A stretch of 64,000 nt of DNA from Amphiscolops sp. MND2022 (lineage: Eukaryota): NCBI GenBank assembly GCA_964187785.1, contig OZ076409.1, forward strand, positions 55,926,001 through 55,990,000, written 5' to 3'. A model generated the notes under the pieces. It was not told where the DNA came from. It made no database searches and worked only from the letters and a program-made list of their open reading frames with translations. A program made the translations under genes and the position numbers. Of the stretch, positions 56,101-64,000 are shown piece by piece. Each line of letters opens with the position of its first letter. The first letter of the stretch is position 1.

Positions 56101-59100
56101 AAACGTACCGTCAGGTTGAAATGACGGGATGCAACTGACGAGGTCTTCCATCGTCTTCTGTGACGCAGCAAAAAAAAAGATGAAAAAGTGAAACATGCAA
56201 TTGAAGCGGGTTACCTACGGAATTGGTTCTGCTTTCCACTCCACTCGCTGCCTTAAGGAAATTGCCAATTGTACAAACAACCTTAGAGTCACTGACCCAC
56301 TCAAACATTCTTTCTACGTTGATGACTTCTCGGTGGTGAGAACACCATCAAAGAAGCACGTAAATCGATGAAAGACTTATAAACAGAACTTTTCTTTTTC
56401 GGGTATGAGCTCAGAAATGGGACTTCAAGTCACCCGGAATTACCAATGAAGCTACGCTACCCCTCGAGCTCCAAGAAACAACAGATTAACTTGCGCTTTT
56501 CTCAGAAGAATACAAAGTTCGAGTTTTTGCATTCATCTAAAGATTCATCAACATTCTGAAGAAGGATCGCAGCATTTTCGGAACATCTTCAACGGCTACT
56601 GATTTATCTAACCCCGATGTCGAATGAATTCCTTCGAACAAAAAAGTTTTTCCCGGAAGAATTCACGTCGTTGAAAAAGCGAGAAGAGCTATCGGAAACT
56701 TCAAACATGCGTAATCTGAAACCTAAGTATGCTGAGATTGAGGATCTGAGAGTAGGAGGTCGAATGGGCAATTCCAATTTCATCGAGTTGAAGAAATTTT
56801 CAATCCTAATCACAAAAGATTCACCTCTTGTTTCTCATAACTAGACACTTCTTAACTTTTGTATGCCACGAAATTGCTCAAAAATGTTACAAAAAAGATG
56901 TCTAATAACGTCAAAAACTTGAAAATATTTCAATAGTTTCGGTCATTCTGGGGTATTTTCAAAACTTACCTCTAAAAAGCGTGCTGCCAACATAGTGGTA
57001 TCGTATGGACATTTCGAACCTTTTAACTCAATAACGTATTCTAATTTCAAATAATAAATCAATAACATCAGTCGAAAATATCAAAATGTTTTTCTCATCA
57101 AAAAGGCGTATTGAATAGCTACCTCATTCTTGTTTGAACGTTTTGACCACTCTAACCTATCAAAACCCTCACAAAATAAAAACAAATTGTTTAAAAAACG
57201 ACAAAAACTGGAATTTTTGTCATTTTTTAGTCTGTCTATTCAGCTCAGGAACGAATTGAAGTTGCAACGAAAATATTCGAACTTGCTCGAGCACTTCTTT
57301 TGCGCACCTTAACAGTTTTCATTGTTGGAGTGCCGCCTCGAGGTACTGACGAATTACTGCATAAAGTCTTGCAATTAAACGCTGAGCTTAACGCTTTTTG
57401 CAACTTACAGAAGGAACCCATAGATATTGTTGGCATCTTGCAATAACTTTACCACTTGAAGCATATATCTAAATGTCACTTTGAAAAAAGCTTTCGCAAA
57501 AGTTCACAATTTACCTAACGAACAGATAAAGAAGTTCGAATAACCGAAACAGTTCAAACTTTTTGGAAATACATACTACATCTGCTTTTTGATCAGATAT
57601 CCAATCATTTGGCTTTCACTAATTCAAGTGTCCCGCTTGCAAGGGGGCTGTGCTCACTTGAATTCAATCACCCTTTTCGTCGTTTTTTCTCGTTGACCTG
57701 CCTGCCAGGGGCTGTGCTCAATCGGAAAAACGATAACTCCTTCCTCATTTGAAATAAATAGAACATGACTGCAGACGACGAAACAATAAGACTCCTAGCC
57801 TTTAGAAGGCCTCATATGGGCGTTGTTACTCGAAAGTACATCGAGTTTGACAAACTGAAAAAGAAGCACATTGAAGAAATAACAACAGATGGTCGACTGC
57901 TAGCAGAAAAACTGTTAGAACCACTAACTGAAAAATAGCTGAAATCGGAGAAATCAATCTCAAGACTCTGGAAGGAACTTCCGACGAGGTCTTAGCTGAA
58001 ACTTTCAAACAAGTTGAAATTGAAACTCAGGTAAAATCTTTGATGAAAAGTTTTCAAAAGTGGATTACAGAACATACATCTGATGTCGACGAAACATCAT
58101 CCTTGGCTCAACCCACCGTGACAATGTTCGACTTCCTGGAATTGAACTGCCTTCTTTTGATGGTCAGTATAAACATTGGAAAACGTCCTTTGATATGTTT
58201 ACAAGAACTGTGCACGAGGAGCAATCTTTACCAAAAGTACAAAAGCTTTACTATCTGAAAGTGCTTGAAAAAATAAGCTAAACGTTCATTCTCATTTGCC
58301 TACACTGAAACAAACTGTGATGCAGCGATTCAATTCCTGAAAGATCGATACAATTATGAGTTTCTGATCAGGAAAGCTCATTTGAAACATTTTCGAAATT
58401 GATTTGATGAAACACGACAGTGCGGAGGACAGCCTGATGAAACTAATTGGTATTTTTATTGAGAATGAGATGGCACAAAAATAGTGAATTGACACAAAAA
58501 GTTGTGACTTCGTTCAGTAGGATATACTTTCCGAAAAAACTAGATTCTGAAACTGCTCGTTAATGGCAGTTGGGTAATGCTGATGGAAAATTACAATCAA
58601 TGGAGCAACTGAGAAAGTTTCTCGAACGTCGTGCTCGTGCATTTGAGGCATGTGGCCGATCTTTAGAAGCCACTCGCGAGTTTACGCGAGAAAAAAAGGG
58701 CTGGAAGAGGAACCTGTCAAAGTTATGAGTCTAATTCAATGTCTTGTCCTGTGTGTAAAAAGGCACACCGGATATACACCTGTCCAGCTTTCTTGTCTTT
58801 ATCAAATAGTGAAAAACATTAAAGGATTGAAGAATTTCGACTTTGCTATAACTGTTTGAAGGAAGGTCATAGTATCAAAAGGCCAATTTTGTAACAAACA
58901 CAACACAGTGTTACATCGGATTGATACTGCCTCTGTTCACGCAACGGAAAACAACCGCACAACGAATGGCGATACTTAATTAACAGGACATCAGCGAGAG
59001 ACAAGCTACACAACAATTCTGCACACTGCTATGGTTTACATAATTGATTCGCAAAAAAACTTGTACACTGCCGGACTTTATTGGATAATGGCTCGCAACT

Positions 59101-60782
59101 TAGCTTTATCACTGAAAAATTGGCCGATGCATTGAAACTAAACAAAGATGATGCAAACTTGAACCTGAGTGGCATCGGTGGCAAGGCAAAAGATGTCAAA
59201 GCAGGTCGTGTAAAATTTGTGTTTCAATCTGGGTCGAAACAAGCCAATGTATCTGCGTACATTTTGAAACAACCAACAATAGAAAACCAAAAAAACTTAT
59301 GAAGGTTCCTACTACACCGACGAATATCTCTTTGGCTGATCCCAACTTCAATGTCTCCAAACCAGTCGACATTAGGTGCGGATGTCTTCGTAGAATTGAT
59401 GAAAATTCAACGCCAGGAGAATTCTCCTGGTTTGTTTTTACGTAAACTCTTTGGACGGGTGTTGGTTGGAAAACAAAACGCATCAACAAATTCCTTCATA
59501 TGTTGTCATGCCTCAATGGACGAAACTTTGAGAAAGTTTCGGGAAGTTGAGACCTCACAGAAAGTTGCCAACTGAAAAAGAAATACGATGTGAGAAAATC
59601 TCAACAAACCCAAGAATTGTCGACAATCGTTTCGTAGTAAGTTGTCATTTAAATAGGACGCAATTTCGGGTACAGCTTAACTCAAGCTCAACGCAGATTC
59701 AGTTCACTGGAACGTCGGTTAGACACTAATCCCGAATTAAGAAAACGGTATGGTGCTTTCGTTTACGAATTTGTTTCACTCGACCACATGGAAGTCGTTC
59801 GTGAAAGAGATCAACAAACCTGATAGTGAAGTTCATTATCTACCTCATCTTTGTGTCTTTAAAGAAGACTCAACAACAAAGAATTAACGTGTGGTCTTCG
59901 ATGGTTCTGCGAAGACTTTCAATTGACTTTCACTGAACGAAAGTCTCATGGCTGGACCAGTCGTTCAGAATGATTGGTTTACTATTTTGAATCAATTCCG
60001 TTGCAAGCCCATGGCGCTATCAGCGGACATTGCCAAAACGTACCGTCAGGTTGAAATGACGGGATGCAACTGACGAGGTCTTCCATCGTCTTCTGTGACG
60101 CAGCAAAAAAAGATGAAAAAGTGAAACATGCAATTGAAGCGGGCAAACAACGGAATTGGTTCTGCTTTCCACTCCACACGCTGCCTTAAGGAAATTGCCA
60201 ATCGTACAAACAACCTTAGAGTCGCTGACCCACTCAAACATACTTTCTACGTTGATGACTTCTCGGTGGTGAGAACACCATCACAGAAGCACGTAAATCG
60301 ATGAAAGACTTATAAACAGAACTTTTCTTTTTCGGGTATGAGCTCAGAAATGGGACTTCAAGTCACCCGGAGTTACCAATGGAGCTACGCTACCCCTCGA
60401 GCTCCGAGAAACAACAGATTAACTTGCGCTTTTCTCAGAAGAATACAAAGTTCGAGTTTTTGCATTCATCTAAAGATTAATCAACATTCTGAAGAAGGAT
60501 CGCAGCACTTTCGGAACATCTTCAACGACTACTGATTTATCTAACCCCAATGTCGAATGAATTCCTTCGAACAAAAAAGTTTTCCCGGAAGAATTCACTT
60601 CGTTGAAAAAGCGAGAAGAGCTATCGGAAACTTCAAACATGCGTAATCTGAAACCTAAGTATGCTGAGATTGAGGATCTGAGAGTAGGAGGTCGAATGGG
60701 CAATTCCAATTACATCGAGTTGAAGAAATTTTCAATCCTAATCCCAAAAGATTCGCCTCTTGTTTCTCATAACTAGACACTT
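52649..60782. repeat. Tandem segmental duplication, units 52649-56850 and 56851-60782
   Basis: Paired near-identical ORFs offset by ~3937 bp (53193/57130, 54103/58040, 55144/59081); junction ..TAGACACTT|CTTAACTTTTGTATGCC. Confidence 0.95.
53650..56850 (+). mobile_element. BEL/Pao LTR retrotransposon, decayed, 3'-truncated duplicate
   Basis: Gag with CPVCKK.H knuckle; protease LLDNGSQLSFIT; RT VVFDGSAK..LSLNE..GP and FYVDD; broken at 56850. Confidence 0.9.
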
Positions 60783-61920
60783 CTATGAAGAGAGTCTTCA
60801 CGGTGGGGGCTTGACAAGCGCAGCTATCAGAGAGCAGTACTGGATTATTGGTGCTAAATCGCAAATCAATAGTTTTAAAGTGCATCAAATGCTGTCGTTA
60901 CTCTTTGAAACCACTGTTCCAGCTAATGGCCGATCTAACAGCCGAACGACTGACACAAGCAAAACCCACCTCAATGCGGTCTCGATTTAGCTGGACAAAG
61001 AATGACTAAATTACCTGATTCTGCGTGTCAAAAAAGATATGTCGCTTCGTTTGGGTGCTTTTAACTGAAGCAATATATCTTGAATTGATCTCGAATTTGA
61101 CGAAAGAAGCCTGTATTCTTGCATTGAAACTATTTTCGGCGAGGCGCGTACCCCAATGAAACTTTTCAGTGACAATGGATCCAAACTTCAAGTAATCCTC
61201 TCAAGCAAGGAACATTTCTTTGTTTGTCTATGCCAATCAAAAAGGTACTCAGTGGATAACTATTCCCAGCAGATCTCTACACTTCGATGGCTTATGGGAA
61301 GAAATTAAGCAATCAAGAATTACTGACCGTTCTGACACTGATCGAAGCCATTTTGAACTCTAGACCACTAACTCCCCTCTTGAATGACCCTAATAACTTA
61401 GCACCGCTGTCTCCTGCACATTTTAAAATTGGTAGCTCTTCCAATCCCGTACCAACATTCGATCTTCAGTTGCCGCTGAACAATAGGTTTCACCTGATAC
61501 AAATTCAGGACTTCTGAGATGCTCGGAAACGAGATTATCTTATCACTTAAAAAGTACGTAAAAAATGGTTCACTAACGGCCCAGAAAGTAATCGTGATGA
61601 TTTCATTCTGAGAGCTGATGATGACCTCAAACCGCACCCATGGAAAACTGGGCGTGTAACGGAACTTCATTCCGGAAATGACGATAGTGTTGAACTGATC
61701 AGGTGTTAAACCGAAAATTTCCACCGGAGAAATAATCAGACCAGTTATAAAACAAACAAAACTTCCGATTGAACAGTTTCTTCCATATTTGATGTTGATC
61801 AAGGGTGCGGTATGTTGAGTATTACTTTGTTTGAATTACACGCATGATGAACGCATTCTTTGTATGATTTGATGCATGAACGCTTTCATAAATATTGATG
61901 GCGCGAATTACGTTGTTTTT
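57590..61920 (+). mobile_element. BEL/Pao LTR retrotransposon, decayed, with integrase, PPT and start of 3' LTR
   Basis: Same gag-PR-RT as the left copy, plus integrase LHGG..IREQYWI, SDNG and IEAILNSRPLTP..SPAHF. PPT-like AAGGGTGCGGTA, then TGTTGAG at 61813. RNase H region largely deleted. Confidence 0.9.
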
Positions 61921-63110
61921 TTTTGAAATCTTTATTATTGGTCGTTTTGATCAGAAAGGGATTCATTCCGTCCCAGACTATTTGCTATAGCGCAAACAAA
62001 GAGCAACTGAAAGTGCAGCAGAATTCTACAAAACCCAAAAATTTCCAATTTTTTAAATATTTTGGACAGACTTGGTAAATCGGAATGTTTAAAAGGGTCA
62101 GCAAGGAAAAGGTTGGTTGTCCAGAAGTCTTTTATGAAGAGTTAATTGCAGTTTTCTGAATGAAAATTGTCTCAAATTGACACCTAATGGCAAAAATCCC
62201 AAAATTTTACAAATTTCAAAGTTTTTATGCATTATTTCCTCACATTTTCGACAGACTCCGTGGATTGGAATGTTGAAAATGGTCAACAAGGAAAGCATGT
62301 GTTGTCCAGTATGCTTAGTGAAGAGAGAAATGCAGTTTTTCGAATGAAAATTGTCTGGAATTGACGTCAAAAAAACTTTTCCCGATTTTCACCACTTTTC
62401 GATTTTTAACGAACTATCGATAGAATTCGTGGACTAGAATGTTAAAACTTCTTTTCTTCGAACTGTGTTTTTTATGGTATTTTTTGGGTATTCTTGAGCC
62501 TCAAATCTATGTAGTTGTAGAACATTTTGGGGCGGAAAATATTTCGCTGCTCAGTGGGCGTCTTGTTTTAGTCTTGCCTGCGCTATGCATAATTTACAAA
62601 AAACTTTCATTCAACTTCGATCTCCTATTCAGATCGACGACACCAAAAAAGCATCGCCAAGGACTTCATCAAGACCATGAAAGGTGGAAAATGAATTAGG
62701 AGTATGATAACCTTGGGGAAAAAGATCACTTGCAAAGCAGCCAGCGAAATTGGCTCAGCGAATTTTCAAAAGCTGTAATATCCTGACATTTCGAATTTTG
62801 GAAATTTCGATGGGTTACTACTTTTTCTCAACAAACTACCACCACGAGAGACAAATTTTCAACTGTATTGGTGTAGGTGAAACGACCAGTAAGAGTTGGA
62901 TACTTTTTGTTACCAAGATATCTAAAATATCCGACCAATAAGATAATTGCAAGTTTCAGTCGCCGCTTTCGCTTTTGGCACTTAATCGGATTTTATGTCG
63001 CTTTCGCTTCTTTTGCACATTCGTTTACAAGCGACCTCATCTACTGGCCAATAGAGTTATAAGCGTCAAAAAACCCTCAAAGATCAAAACATTGGATCAA
63101 GCTGTCCCAA

Positions 63111-63468
63111 CTGGTGTCAAGACATTCGATCCTATGCATATTCAACCGTTGCAATTTAAACCGCTCACTATTTCAACCTATTGCATTTTCAACCCTTCAC
63201 AGTTTCGACCTAAACTAATTTTGGCTAACGATCCTAATTTTCTAAAGCGGTTTTCATTTCATACATTTCTAAATTCAGATATGCTAATTTCTACGCCAGT
63301 TTCGATACGTTTTGGCTTCATGAACAATTACCATTAATTAAGGCTGTTTGATTCATTAATAACTATTGTTCTAAAATAATAACTCAACCGAATTAGGACT
63401 AATAATCCAAAATTAGATTAGGTCGAAATTGAATAGGATGAAATTGCATAGAACGAAATGTCATGTAA
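63111..63468. mobile_element. Mutator-like MITE with 9-bp flanking direct repeat
   Basis: CTGTCCCAA at 63102-63110 and 63469-63477; imperfect TIRs GACATTCGATCCTATGCA / TGCATAGAACGAAATGTC. Confidence 0.6.
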
Positions 63469-63658
63469 CTGTCCCAATGATTTGTTCAACTACTTTTTAA
63501 AGCCAAAAACCCTCAATTCTGGATTTAACGAATATTGAATAACCACTTGTGATTCCTTTTTCTCTGCAACAATGTAAGTGTTAATTACGACACTACGTCT
63601 GTACAGTAGCGTTCTAAAATATCGCAACCTCATTGCATAAAAGGACAAATTTCAAAAT

Positions 63659-64000
63659 CAAATATTCCGTAAACTGTCAAGATTACAGAAATTTGTCAAC
63701 TAGGAATGTTTCTCAGAATTTTATCTAGTTTATAAAAACGTTTGTTTGAAATTTCTGTGACAAAAATTACAAAAGTTAGAAATTGTAAATTTTGACAAAA
63801 TTTCATCAAACTTGCACTTTTTCTCGATTTTCACAAAGTTGAAAAAATATCTTTGGAAAAGTTTCAGTCAATCATTCGCCCCCAAATCTCCTGAGGATGC
63901 TGATATGATTTGATCGAGAAACTTCTTGTAAACTAGATAAAATTCTAAGAAACTTTCCTAGCTGACAATTTTTTGTATGTGACAGTTTTCAAGATATTTG
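63659..64000. repeat. Long inverted repeat (fold-back element), probably continuing past the window
   Basis: 63659-63750 (..CTAGGAATGTTTCTCAGAATTTTATCTAGTTTA) is the reverse complement of 63910-64000 (TAAACTAGATAAAATTCTAAGAAACTTTCCTAG..). Confidence 0.8.

Overview
AT-rich, repeat-dense genomic DNA from an invertebrate animal (spliceosomal GT-AG introns, a neuropeptide-amidation enzyme, a ciliary gene). No prokaryotic features or CRISPR were found. There are three host genes. (1) An intronless, monofunctional peptidylglycine alpha-hydroxylating monooxygenase (PHM; + strand, 13968-15053). (2) A HELZ-like SF1/UPF1-family helicase on the minus strand with 9 phase-compatible exons from 49944 down to a stop at 22950; its 5' exons were not found. 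(3) A complete 4-exon IQCB1/NPHP5 gene nested on the SAME strand inside the 11.2-kb helicase intron. The last helicase intron (8.8 kb) holds a decayed Maverick/Polinton-type viral element. Other mobile DNA: a Ty3/Gypsy element with a UUUAAAC -1 frameshift joining gag to pol; a full-length decayed Copia element with ~117-bp LTRs and AATTT TSD; a BEL/Pao element partly duplicated in tandem (~3.9 kb); a LINE relic; a hAT relic; several MITEs; and two families of DINE-1/Helentron-like non-autonomous repeats. All family assignments come from reading motifs by eye, with no database searches.
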